This document shows positions 1 through 8,741 of a stretch of 33,089 bases of DNA, in pieces (within the stretch, counting starts at the first letter, position 1; every line of letters starts with the position of its first letter). The stretch is from the IMG/VR virus record IMGVR_UViG_2861084961_000005; one strand, written 5' to 3'. Origin of the DNA: a virus (lineage: Duplodnaviria > Heunggongvirae > Uroviricota > Caudoviricetes). Both the position numbers and the translations under genes were made by a program. The notes beneath the pieces were generated by a model that made no database searches, was not told the DNA's origin, and saw only the letters and a program-made list of their open reading frames with translations.

Positions 1-981
1 TTATAACGTCACTCCGCCTTTTAGTGGATTCAGAGCGACGGCGTTCTGCAGGTAGTCAGGCGCAAGGTGCGCATAGGTCATTGTCTGTTGAATGCTCGCA
101 TGCCCCAGAATCTGTTGCAGTGCAATTATGTTGCCCCCATTCATCATGAAATGGCTTGCGAATGTATGCCGCAGAATGTGGGTTGCCTGATTGGGAGGTA
201 TATCAGGTTTCACTCTGCGTAAAATCCCGCAAAACTTCTCATAATCTACCTTGAACAATTTGGCGCTGGCCTCCTCTTTAACTTTTTTCTCCAGTTCCTC
301 AGAAATCGGCACTGTTCGCTTTTTACCGTTTTTGGTTTTCAGGAAGGTAACCCTGCAACTTGTAATCTGTGCTGGTTTTAGCGTGGCAACTTCCGTCCAT
401 CTTCCTCCAGTGCTCAGACATAAAAGCGCGACAAGTAAGTCATCACCAGTCAAAACATTTAGCAGTTTTTCGATTTCTGCTTTTTCCAGGAACGTCATTT
501 CAGGGTTAGCCTCCGTCAGTGGCGGCAGTCCGTGAATTGGGTGTTGCCCGGAAAATTCATCCAATTGAATTAATTTTGTGAACATGCCGGATAATCGGTA
601 CATGTCGCGGTTTATCGTTGCAGCACTGATGCCATCACGTAGTCGCATGGAGCGATAATCCATCAAAGCCCTTTTGTTCATCCGACTCACTGGTATATCA
701 CCTATGCCGCTGATGGTTTTGAGCAGATGATTAAACTCTTTTGTCCCATGCTCGTGGTTTTGCCCGTGGTATTTCCACCAGATGTCGAGCAATTCTGTCA
801 AAGTTCGGCGGTCTGCTCGCTGGCCTCCCCATTCTTTCTGACTGGCATTGACGATTGTGTATCGCTCAAATGCTACCGCTTCAGCTTTTCTTTCAAATTT
901 CCTGCGGATGCGTTTTCCATCGCGACCGCGAGGCCTGATATCCACTTCATAACGTCCATCATCGAGCTTTCTGATACTCAT
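1..981 (-). CDS. int: Tyrosine integrase (P2 Int family)
   Basis: Minus-strand ORF; start chosen at ATG 981..979 (MSIRKLDDGRYEV...), the 396-aa track ORF is an upstream over-extension. C-terminal catalytic region HILRHTFASHF...GHASIQQTMTYAHL has the R/H-x-x-R and Tyr pattern of tyrosine recombinases. Confidence 0.9.
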   Translation of the reverse strand: MSIRKLDDGRYEVDIRPRGRDGKRIRRKFERKAEAVAFERYTIVNASQKEWGGQRADRRTLTELLDIWWKYHGQNHEHGTKEFNHLLKTISGIGDIPVSRMNKRALMDYRSMRLRDGISAATINRDMYRLSGMFTKLIQLDEFSGQHPIHGLPPLTEANPEMTFLEKAEIEKLLNVLTGDDLLVALLCLSTGGRWTEVATLKPAQITSCRVTFLKTKNGKKRTVPISEELEKKVKEEASAKLFKVDYEKFCGILRRVKPDIPPNQATHILRHTFASHFMMNGGNIIALQQILGHASIQQTMTYAHLAPDYLQNAVALNPLKGGVTL

Positions 982-1093
982 AAAGCCCCCCGATGAACAC
1001 GAGTTTTCTTGTTGTTTAGCCCTTTGTGGTTGTGTGATGAATATTTTTTTACCAGTAACATGCATTTTATGTGCATGTAATGTCGGTAAATAG

Positions 1094-1387
1094 TTAGCCA
1101 GTTTTGCGGCCTGAGTGTGACGATGTTGTTTCTTCTGGCCCAGAGTGTGCGACGACCGGGGAAATCTGCCCGGATTCTGGCGCAATCTCATCTGTCATAA
1201 TCCATAATGTATATTTTTTAAACAGCGGTGTGTTGACTACTTGCTTTACGATTTGTAGTCCTGGCTCTTTATGTCCACCTTCATAATTTTTCAACGAACT
1301 AAGTGCTAATCCACTAAGCTCGCAAAATTTTTTTTGTGTTAATCCCTCGGCCTTGCGAATAGCGCGAAGTTTCTCCGATATTTTCAT
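1094..1387 (-). CDS. C: Immunity repressor, P2 C-like (XRE-type HTH)
   Basis: 97-aa ORF divergent from cox; N-terminal HTH-like LTQKKFCELSGLALSSLKNYEGG; position and size match P2 C. Confidence 0.75.
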   Translation of the reverse strand: MKISEKLRAIRKAEGLTQKKFCELSGLALSSLKNYEGGHKEPGLQIVKQVVNTPLFKKYTLWIMTDEIAPESGQISPVVAHSGPEETTSSHSGRKTG

Positions 1388-1424
1388 TTGACATGGTTCC
1401 CCTATGGAGACTATATTCCCCTCA
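1388..1424 (+). promoter_or_regulatory. Candidate early promoter Pe with flanking direct repeats (putative C operators)
   Basis: TTGACA at 1388..1393, about 17 bp spacer, CTATAT/TATATT -10-like element; direct repeat TTCCCCT at 1397..1403 and 1418..1424 brackets the -10 element. Confidence 0.4.
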
Positions 1425-1534
1425 AAAGGTACTTGTTCGGAAACCTTTTGGGGCGTGAGTCCAGCCAGTCAGGAACGCTCCTGAGCGGTTTTAAGAGGGC
1501 TGGACGGATAAGATTAGCACGAGAGGTGTGTTTT

Positions 1535-1807
1535 ATGGACGCAAACAACTATGTGGTTAAGTATCCGATTGATGCGGTACACCCTGACAAGTTTGCAGAA
1601 TTGCTCGGAAAACCGCGTGCTGCGGTCGTTGAAATGATCAAAGCTAACAAGTTGCCGGTAGTTGAATTTCGCGATCCAACTAAGCCGAATGCTCGTGCAG
1701 GAGACAAACTGGTTTTCATTCCTGAGTTCAATCGTGGTGTGCGTGAGGCATTCTACAACCGACCGATAGAACAGCGGGACGCGTGGCTGCTGTGGATGGG
1801 GCTTTAA
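1535..1807 (+). CDS. cox: Cox-like excisionase/transcriptional regulator
   Basis: 90 aa from ATG 1535 with RBS GAGAGG upstream; C-terminal ...RDAWLLWMGL resembles the P2 Cox C-terminus; first rightward gene opposite C. Confidence 0.7.
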   Translation: MDANNYVVKYPIDAVHPDKFAELLGKPRAAVVEMIKANKLPVVEFRDPTKPNARAGDKLVFIPEFNRGVREAFYNRPIEQRDAWLLWMGL

Positions 1808-1861
1808 ATCATTGCTAAATCAGGCTGTCAGCAACAGGGCGGACGGCATAAGGGGAACATC

Positions 1862-2050
1862 ATGGCGAACAAAAATAGTACGAACCAGTGCGGCACAGAT
1901 AAGGCACTGACGCAGAGAGAAATTTTAGAACTGGCGGTAAAAATCGGGGATTTCATCAAAGAAGAGGCCGGACGCTTAGATAAACAGGTGTCCGGCAAAG
2001 ATATCAGCGTTATCGCTGGCGTACTGGACTTTATTCACCAGTGCGAGTAA
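1862..2050 (+). CDS. Hypothetical small protein (62 aa)
   Basis: ORF with RBS AAGGGGA just upstream of ATG 1862. Confidence 0.5.
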   Translation: MANKNSTNQCGTDKALTQREILELAVKIGDFIKEEAGRLDKQVSGKDISVIAGVLDFIHQCE

Positions 2051-2053
2051 TGC

Positions 2054-2230
2054 CTATTTTTTCGCGAGTTTTTCTTCGAGTTTTTTCTCAAGAACTGGAT
2101 AGATAGCATCAAATAAGCGTGAAGCTCGGGTTTCTACAGGAACAGGCATTACTGATTGTTCAGTAAGTGCTCCGCCAATGACTGAACAGGTCTGCTCAAA
2201 AAGAAACTTGGTTTTTTCTAAATCATTCAT
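2054..2230 (-). CDS. Hypothetical small protein (58 aa), antisense to the early operon
   Basis: Minus-strand ORF; internal ATG at 2230..2228 preceded by AAGGAA about 8 nt upstream; ends 3 bp from the stop of the 1862..2050 gene. Could be spurious. Confidence 0.35.
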   Translation of the reverse strand: MNDLEKTKFLFEQTCSVIGGALTEQSVMPVPVETRASRLFDAIYPVLEKKLEEKLAKK

Positions 2231-2347
2231 GTCGTTATTCCTTGTGTTACGAACTACTTGCTTACATTTGGAGTGAAAGCAATTGGATAGTACCACAAGA
2301 CCATGCGCCGGACATGGCTAAAAACCGGCTCTGTTTCAGGAGGAGTT

Positions 2348-2518
2348 ATGCAGGAACCTCGTTGTATTGCTCAGTTATTGCGTAACGAAAGCCCCAGGGC
2401 GATTGACTTCACCATCACCCACGGGAAGGGACGCAAGGGAATCATTATCCGCACCAAAAAACAGAGTCCGTTAAAGAAGGCTCTGACCTTTCTGAAAAGC
2501 CGGAGGGTCTGGAAATGA
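2348..2518 (+). CDS. Hypothetical small protein (56 aa)
   Basis: Strong RBS AGGAGG 2338..2343 before ATG 2348; stop overlaps the next start (ATGA). Confidence 0.5.
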   Translation: MQEPRCIAQLLRNESPRAIDFTITHGKGRKGIIIRTKKQSPLKKALTFLKSRRVWK

Positions 2519-3015
2519 CAGTGATGACGCTCAATCTCGTTGAAAAACAGCCAGCAACTATGCGCCGGATAATTGGTAAGCATCTGGCCGTCCCTCGCTG
2601 GCAGGAGACATGTGATTATTACAATCAGATGATGGAGCGCGAACGGCTAACAGTTTGCTTTCATGCGCAGTTAAAACAACGTCACGCAACGATGCGTTTT
2701 GAAGAAATGAACGACGTCGAACGTGAACGGCTGGTTTGTGCAATTGATGAACTGCGTGGGGCATTCTCAAAACGCCGTCAGGTCGGTGCAAGTGAGTATG
2801 CATATATTAGCTTTTTAACTGTCAGTCAGCGCCGTACTTTATTTATGCATGCCGGATTGACTGAAAAAGAATTCAACCAGCCATACTGGCGAATTAATGA
2901 AGAGTCATGTTACTGGCGTGATGCTTTATTCCGTGCATTACGTGAATTATTCAGCCTGTTTGAGTATGCACCGACAATTCTGACGTCGGTAAAACCAGAG
3001 CAATATCTGCATTAA
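2515..3015 (+). CDS. B: P2 gpB-like protein (166 aa), replication-associated
   Basis: Size (166 aa) and position between cox and A match P2 gene B; assignment is by synteny and size, not by a motif I can see. Confidence 0.5.
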   Translation: MTVMTLNLVEKQPATMRRIIGKHLAVPRWQETCDYYNQMMERERLTVCFHAQLKQRHATMRFEEMNDVERERLVCAIDELRGAFSKRRQVGASEYAYISFLTVSQRRTLFMHAGLTEKEFNQPYWRINEESCYWRDALFRALRELFSLFEYAPTILTSVKPEQYLH

Positions 3016-3078
3016 ATAATTAACCAGAGTTTTTAACGCACTTAATTGTGCGGGGCTTCTTTTTGCCTGGAGAAAGTC

Positions 3079-3303
3079 ATGCATACAGTTTCTGAAAATC
3101 AGTGCGGTAAATACGCATTACTGCTGCAACAGGCCAGAACCGAAGCACAGGCCGACGCTGCGACGCGCTTTTCTTCTCATCTTGACGCCATGATTCGCCA
3201 TATCACAAAGGCGGAGTTATCCCGCGTGGAGATAGTCGAGCTGCTCAGTCAGGAGTCGGAAAAATTTCACAATATCGGATTGTCTCGCGGGGAGGTGCTT
3301 TGA
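3079..3303 (+). CDS. Hypothetical protein (74 aa)
   Basis: ATG 3079 with RBS GGAGAAAG; stop overlaps next start. Confidence 0.5.
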   Translation: MHTVSENQCGKYALLLQQARTEAQADAATRFSSHLDAMIRHITKAELSRVEIVELLSQESEKFHNIGLSRGEVL

Positions 3304-3602
3304 TGTCCTGCTCTCATTCAGTTGTATTACTGAATAACGCCTTAAAAATCGCCGTTATGGAAAATGGTGATTTATCTCTTATTCAACTTTGTCTTGATAA
3401 AGAAAAACGCGACATAACTGAATCTGTTATCGCGATTTATCAGAATGAATTAAACCTCCTGTCTGATGTGGTCAATTTACTTGTTAAACGAGCTGTATTC
3501 CACAAGCAAATTTCCTCAGTGGATGAAATGACAAAATTAACGACAGAACTTGCCAGTTATTGCGCTGATGTATCCAGGAAACTTAACGATAAAAGGAGCT
3601 GA
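3303..3602 (+). CDS. Hypothetical protein (99 aa)
   Basis: ATG 3303 overlapping the upstream stop (ATGA), RBS GGAGG 3291..3295. Confidence 0.5.
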   Translation: MSCSHSVVLLNNALKIAVMENGDLSLIQLCLDKEKRDITESVIAIYQNELNLLSDVVNLLVKRAVFHKQISSVDEMTKLTTELASYCADVSRKLNDKRS

Positions 3603-3604
3603 TA

Positions 3605-3829
3605 ATGCCGGACAACGTAGATTTTATTCAGGAACAACAGGCTGAATTACTGGAGCGCCAGATTAACGCGGCAAGGGTAAAACATTGCGGTGCTTCTGCG
3701 CTGGTTTGCGAAGAGTGTGACGCGCCAATACCTGCTGCCCGTCGTGCGGCTTATCCGTCAGCCACGCGTTGTGTTTCCTGCCAGTCAGTCTTTGAAGCAA
3801 AAAACAAACATTACCGGAGAACGGCATGA
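3605..3829 (+). CDS. TraR/DksA-family C4 zinc-finger protein
   Basis: 74 aa with CEEC...(about 17 aa)...CVSC four-cysteine finger; RBS AGGAG before ATG 3605. Confidence 0.75.
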   Translation: MPDNVDFIQEQQAELLERQINAARVKHCGASALVCEECDAPIPAARRAAYPSATRCVSCQSVFEAKNKHYRRTA

Positions 3830-4101
3830 GTATTCGTATTGAAATTGGCGAACGTTATGTCGTTACCAGTGACAGCTTTCAGTTTATTCTCCACGAGAAA
3901 AAGAGAGCGGAAAGCGGTAAAAACGCCGGTCAGGAATGGCTGGCGGTGGTTGGTTATTATCCGAAATTAAGCCAGCTCGTTTCCGGCCTGATGCATCACG
4001 ATATTCTGACCGGAAGCGCAAAGTCTTTTGCTGATTTAAACGCGCAGGTTGAGCAACTCAGCAAGCGTTGTTCAGAGGCTTTTGGCTCATATGGTCGTTA
4101 A
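3826..4101 (+). CDS. Hypothetical protein (91 aa)
   Basis: ATG 3826 overlapping upstream stop; stop overlaps the start of gene A. Confidence 0.55.
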   Translation: MSIRIEIGERYVVTSDSFQFILHEKKRAESGKNAGQEWLAVVGYYPKLSQLVSGLMHHDILTGSAKSFADLNAQVEQLSKRCSEAFGSYGR

Positions 4102-6385
4102 AGCCTCCGGGCGTTTTGTCCCTCCGTCAGCATTTGCTGCAGGCACCGGTAAGGCGTTTACCGGTGCTTATGCATGGAACGCGCCACGCGAGGCTGTCGG
4201 GCGCGAAAGACCCCTTACACGTGACGAGATGCGTCAGGTGCAAGGTGTTTTATCCACGATTAACCGCCTGCCTTACTTTTTGCGCTCGCTGTTTACTTCA
4301 CGCTATGACTACATCCGGCGCAATAAAAGCCCGGTGCACGGGTTTTATTTCCTCACATCCACTTTTCAGCGTCGTTTATGGCCGCGCATTGAGCGTGTGA
4401 ATCAGCGCCATGAAATGAACACCGACGCGTCGTTGCTGTTTCTGGCAGAGCGCGACCAGTATGCGCGCCTGCCGGGGATGAATGACAAGGAGCTGAAAAA
4501 GTTTGCTGCCCGTATCTCATCGCAGCTTTTCATGATGTATGAGGAACTCTGCGATGCCTGGGTTGATGCACATGGCGAAAAAGAATCGCTGTTTACGGAT
4601 GAGGCGCAGGCTCACCTCTATGGTCATGTTGCTGGCGCTGCACGTGCTTTCAATATTTCCCCGCTTTACTGGAAAAAATACCGTAAAGGGCAGATGACCA
4701 CGAGGCAGGCATATTCTGCCATTGCCCGCCTGTTTAACGATGAGTGGTGGACTCATCAGCTTAAAGGCCAGCGTATGCGCTGGCATGAGGCGTTACTGAT
4801 TGCTGTCGGGGAGGTCAATAAAGACCGTTCTCCTTATGCCAGTAAACATGCCATTCGTGATGTGCGTGCGCGCCGCCAGGCAAATCTGGAATTTCTTAAA
4901 TCGTGTGACCTTGAAAACAGGGAAACCGGCGAGCGCATCGACCTTATCAGTAAGGTGATGGGCAGTATTTCTAATCCTGAAATTCGCCGGATGGAGCTGA
5001 TGAACACCATTGCCGGTATTGAGCGTTACGCCGCCGCAGAGGGTGATGTGGGGATGTTTATCACGCTGACCGCGCCGTCAAAGTATCACCCGACACGTCA
5101 GGTCAGAAAAGGCGAAAGTAAAACCGTTCAGCTTAATCACGGCTGGAACGATGAGGCATTTAATCCAAAGGATGCGCAGCGTTATCTCTGCCGCATCTGG
5201 AGCCTGATGCGCACGGCATTCAAGGATAATGATTTACAGGTCTACGGTTTGCGTGTCGTCGAGCCACACCACGACGGAACGCCGCACTGGCATATGATGC
5301 TTTTTTGTAATCCACGCCAGCGTAACCAGATTATTGAAATCATGCGTCGTTATGCGCTCAAAGAGGATGGCGACGAAAGAGGAGCCGCGCGAAACCGTTT
5401 TCAGGCAAAACACCTTAACCGGGGCGGTGCTGCGGGATATATCGCGAAATACATCTCAAAAAATATCGACGGCTATGCACTGGATGGTCAGCTCGATAAC
5501 GATACCGGCAGACCGCTGAAAGACACTGCTGCGGCTGTTACCGCATGGGCGTCAACGTGGCGTATCCCGCAATTTAAAACGGTTGGCCTGCCGACAATGG
5601 GGGCTTACCGTGAACTACGCAAACTGCCTCGCGGCGTCAGCATTGCTGATGAGTTTGACGAACGCGTCGAGGCTGCACGCGCCGCCGCAGACAGTGGTGA
5701 TTTTGCGTTGTATATCAGCGCGCAGGGTGGGGCAAATGTCCCGCGCGATTGTCAGACTGTCAGGGTTGCCCGTAGCCCGTCGGATGACGTTAACGAGTAC
5801 GAGGAAGAAGTCGAGAGAGTGGTCGGCATTTACGCACCGCATCTCGGCGCGCGTCATATTCATATCACCAGAACCACGGACTGGCGCATTGTGCCGAAAG
5901 TGCCGGTCGTTGAGCCTTTGACTTTAAAAAGCGGCATCGCCGCGCCTCGGAGTCCTGTCAATAACTGTGGAAAGCTCACCTGTGGTGATACTTCGTTACC
6001 GGCTCCCACACCTTCTGAGCACGCCGCAGCAGTGCTTAATCTGGTTGATGACGGTGTTATTGAATGGAATGAACCGGAGGTCGTGAGGGCGCTCAGGGGC
6101 GCACTAAAATACGACCTGAGAACGCCAAACCGTCAGCAAAGAAACGGAAGCCCGTTAAAACCACATGAAATTGCACCATCGGCCAGACTGACCCGGTCGG
6201 AAAGAATGCAAATCACCCGTATCCGCGTTGACCTTGCTCAGAACGGTATCAGGCCGCAGCGATGGGAGCTTGAGGCGCTGGCGCGTGGGGCAACCGTAAA
6301 TTATGACGGGAAACATTTCACTTATCAGGTCGCTGATGAGTGGCTTGGATTTCCTTCTGTTGATTTTTTTGATTGTGGTGCTTGA
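4091..6385 (+). CDS. A: Replication initiation endonuclease (P2 gpA family, rolling-circle HUH nickase)
   Basis: Start at ATG 4091 (MVVKASGRFVPP...); the track ORF begins at an upstream TTG. Contains HUH-like HWHMMLF and active-site tyrosine region YIAKYISK. Intact at 764 aa. Confidence 0.9.
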   Translation: MVVKASGRFVPPSAFAAGTGKAFTGAYAWNAPREAVGRERPLTRDEMRQVQGVLSTINRLPYFLRSLFTSRYDYIRRNKSPVHGFYFLTSTFQRRLWPRIERVNQRHEMNTDASLLFLAERDQYARLPGMNDKELKKFAARISSQLFMMYEELCDAWVDAHGEKESLFTDEAQAHLYGHVAGAARAFNISPLYWKKYRKGQMTTRQAYSAIARLFNDEWWTHQLKGQRMRWHEALLIAVGEVNKDRSPYASKHAIRDVRARRQANLEFLKSCDLENRETGERIDLISKVMGSISNPEIRRMELMNTIAGIERYAAAEGDVGMFITLTAPSKYHPTRQVRKGESKTVQLNHGWNDEAFNPKDAQRYLCRIWSLMRTAFKDNDLQVYGLRVVEPHHDGTPHWHMMLFCNPRQRNQIIEIMRRYALKEDGDERGAARNRFQAKHLNRGGAAGYIAKYISKNIDGYALDGQLDNDTGRPLKDTAAAVTAWASTWRIPQFKTVGLPTMGAYRELRKLPRGVSIADEFDERVEAARAAADSGDFALYISAQGGANVPRDCQTVRVARSPSDDVNEYEEEVERVVGIYAPHLGARHIHITRTTDWRIVPKVPVVEPLTLKSGIAAPRSPVNNCGKLTCGDTSLPAPTPSEHAAAVLNLVDDGVIEWNEPEVVRALRGALKYDLRTPNRQQRNGSPLKPHEIAPSARLTRSERMQITRIRVDLAQNGIRPQRWELEALARGATVNYDGKHFTYQVADEWLGFPSVDFFDCGA

Positions 6386-6581
6386 GTTTACAATCAGTTA
6401 ATAAACGGTAGGATTGTATGCAGTTAAAACAGAATAGTATAAGACCGCTGTAGGCTTTGGCTTGTCTAGCATCGACAGCAAAAGCTATCATGGAAAAACT
6501 AGCTGTTGTATGTTAGGTGTGCAGAAACGAGAGTAGGGTTGAGCACTGTTGCATTCCAGAATTTAGGGGAGGGGTAAACAT

Positions 6582-7757
6582 ATGAAAAAAAACTCGGTAG
6601 GTGTGGAGGATAAATTAAAACATAAAGCAGTTCAATATATTAATATTGAAGATCTGGAGCTTGATGTTGAAAACCCCCGCTTTGGTGAAGACTCTTCTTC
6701 ATCTGATACACAAGTTGATGTGCTGAATAATATTGTTAAAAATTATGGCGTTACTGATGTAATAAGTTCTATTGCAGTGAATGGTTATTTTTCTGCTGAG
6801 CCAATGGTGGTGAGGAAAAATAATAATAAGAAATTCACTGTAATGGAAGGTAATAGAAGGCTGGCTGCCTGTCTTATACTTAAAAATGATGACAGAGCAA
6901 GAGATCAAGTTAATCTGCATCAACAGTATATTGATAAATACAATTCTCATGGGTGCCCTAAAATAGACCCAGTTCCAGCAATAGTTTTTGAAGACGATGA
7001 TGGTGTAGATAAAAAATCACTTATATCATATTTAGGTGTGAGGCATATCGTATCTACAAAGGATTGGGATTCATACGCTAAGGCTGCATGGATATCTCGA
7101 ACCATCAAGGAAGGAGATATGAGCGTATCTGATATTTCCACTATGATTGGTGACCGTAATAGCACTATAAAAAGACTTTTGTCTGGATATAATTTCATTA
7201 AACAAATGGAGTCTGCTGGGAAGTATAATAAAGATGATAGTGTGAAGAAAGGGAGAGGGAGCAATACTAGTTATCCATTCTCGTGGGTTTATACATTGCT
7301 GAGTTATAAGAGTATTCAGGATTTTGTGGGCTTATCAGATAATCCTACAGACCCTAATCCAATAGATGAAAAGAAATTGGATAATGCGAAGCTTCTAATG
7401 ACAGCTATGTTTGGTAATAAAAATAAAGGACAAAACTCACAAGTTAAAGACTCTCGTAATCTTGGTGTCTTGGCTGAGATAGTTGCTTCTCCAGAAAAAG
7501 TTATACTGCTCAAGCAAGGCAAGGATGTTGAAGACATTAATGACCTAACTCAGCCAATCGGCGATAGGTTGACTAGTTTAATGTTAGAAATTAGAAGTAA
7601 ATTGGACGAATGTCTTACGAGGGTAGGGCGTGAAGATTTACCAATGCAGGATGCTATTCAACTTAATATATATCTTGAGCAAATAAGTAAACAATTTAGA
7701 TCTTTTAGAGTATCAATTAATGAGGCTATTACTGGAAGTGATAGTGAGGGTTTTTAA
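6582..7757 (+). CDS. ParB/Srx N-terminal-domain protein (391 aa), accessory
   Basis: Strong RBS GGGGAGGGG before ATG 6582. ParB box I-like ...LELDVENPRF and box II-like VMEGNRRLAACL; HTH-like segment MSVSDISTMIGDRNSTIKRLL downstream. Gene is strongly AT-rich compared with the phage core. Confidence 0.8.
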   Translation: MKKNSVGVEDKLKHKAVQYINIEDLELDVENPRFGEDSSSSDTQVDVLNNIVKNYGVTDVISSIAVNGYFSAEPMVVRKNNNKKFTVMEGNRRLAACLILKNDDRARDQVNLHQQYIDKYNSHGCPKIDPVPAIVFEDDDGVDKKSLISYLGVRHIVSTKDWDSYAKAAWISRTIKEGDMSVSDISTMIGDRNSTIKRLLSGYNFIKQMESAGKYNKDDSVKKGRGSNTSYPFSWVYTLLSYKSIQDFVGLSDNPTDPNPIDEKKLDNAKLLMTAMFGNKNKGQNSQVKDSRNLGVLAEIVASPEKVILLKQGKDVEDINDLTQPIGDRLTSLMLEIRSKLDECLTRVGREDLPMQDAIQLNIYLEQISKQFRSFRVSINEAITGSDSEGF

Positions 7758-7759
7758 TT

Positions 7760-8554
7760 GTGAATTATGGTTTACGCTCTAAAATGCAGGGATTCGCAAC
7801 AGATGCGGATCAAGCAGAATTTAATGCATTACTTGATGTTAGCGCGACAATAGACTCAGGAATTGAGGATGATAAAATTGCTGGAACTATCTATGATGAG
7901 TTAGAAAATTTAGATGGTCATTTGGAAGAAGAATGGATGATGGAAGATCAGGGAAAGGAGCTTTTAGTTGGTCAGATTGCCGAGCATATACAATGGAGAG
8001 CAAAGGTTTTGGATGATATGTATCCATTTGAATATAAAGAAAATCATCTAACATTAAAGGAGTCTCCTTCCCTTGTTTATCTGTTTTGCTTATGTGTCTC
8101 TGTAATTAATAATTTAACAAAAGGAGATAATGTTAAGTTGCCTAGATTTTTTGAAGTTATGGCTGGGCGATTATTCACAAAATTTTTTAGTTCACACGCA
8201 AAACACATGCATACTGGTTGGCCTCGTTCAAATGGAAATCCTAGTAGTTATAAGGAACTAGCTTATAAATTGAACTCTTCGATCTCACCAAATACAAGAG
8301 AATGGTCTTGGCGCGTAGAGAATGGCTTAAGAGATGAGGATGCATTGAGAATTAAAGATTGTGGTGTGGATTTTGTTACATGGGTTGATTTTTTGGATGG
8401 TAGAGATGGACGTTTATTTGCTTTAGGGCAATGCGCTTGTGGTAATGATTGGCCAACAAAGTTTCAGGATATTAAAATTGAAAGGTTAACACCATGGTTT
8501 CATCCATTAACTTACATTAAGTGTGTTAAAGTTTTCTCACACCTTATGTGTTAG
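7760..8554 (+). CDS. Hypothetical protein (264 aa), co-operonic partner of the ParB-like gene
   Basis: GTG 7760 lies 2 nt after the upstream TAA stop with GAGGG 9 nt upstream (translational coupling); alternative ATG at 7784. Acidic N-terminal third, Cys/His-containing C-terminal third, no motif I recognise. Confidence 0.65.
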   Translation: MNYGLRSKMQGFATDADQAEFNALLDVSATIDSGIEDDKIAGTIYDELENLDGHLEEEWMMEDQGKELLVGQIAEHIQWRAKVLDDMYPFEYKENHLTLKESPSLVYLFCLCVSVINNLTKGDNVKLPRFFEVMAGRLFTKFFSSHAKHMHTGWPRSNGNPSSYKELAYKLNSSISPNTREWSWRVENGLRDEDALRIKDCGVDFVTWVDFLDGRDGRLFALGQCACGNDWPTKFQDIKIERLTPWFHPLTYIKCVKVFSHLMC

Positions 8555-8693
8555 TTGATGAAATGATAAGAGAAGCAAGCGCAGAAGCTGGAATATATTT
8601 GATCGAGTCCGTTAACTATTGCATATGAGCGTTTTAAGGATGAATTTGGTGATATGCAGGATGAGTTAGATGCGTTAATTACTTTTGTAAAGA

Positions 8694-8717
8694 ATTAAAA
8701 AAGCCCAGTGATGGGCC
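8694..8717 (-). terminator. Candidate rho-independent terminator for the minus-strand methyltransferase transcript
   Basis: Minus-strand reading: hairpin GCCCATCACTGGGC followed by TTTTTT, immediately downstream of the methyltransferase 3' end. Confidence 0.4.
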
Positions 8718-8741
8718 ATTACCATATATCAGGGATGTTTC

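Noticed and set aside
1-1191. 396-aa extended integrase ORF
   Set aside because: The N-terminal 70 codons (MRLRQNPGRFPRSSHTLGQKKQHRH...) are low complexity and run through the C/int intergenic region; the conserved integrase begins at the internal ATG at 981.
4068-4400. 110-aa plus-strand ORF overlapping the 5' end of gene A
   Set aside because: Alternative frame of the replication gene; the A frame carries the conserved sequence.
8555-8741. Small ORFs in the gap between the 264-aa gene and the methyltransferase
   Set aside because: Under 25 codons, no RBS; the interval is better explained as the convergent 3' ends plus a terminator hairpin.
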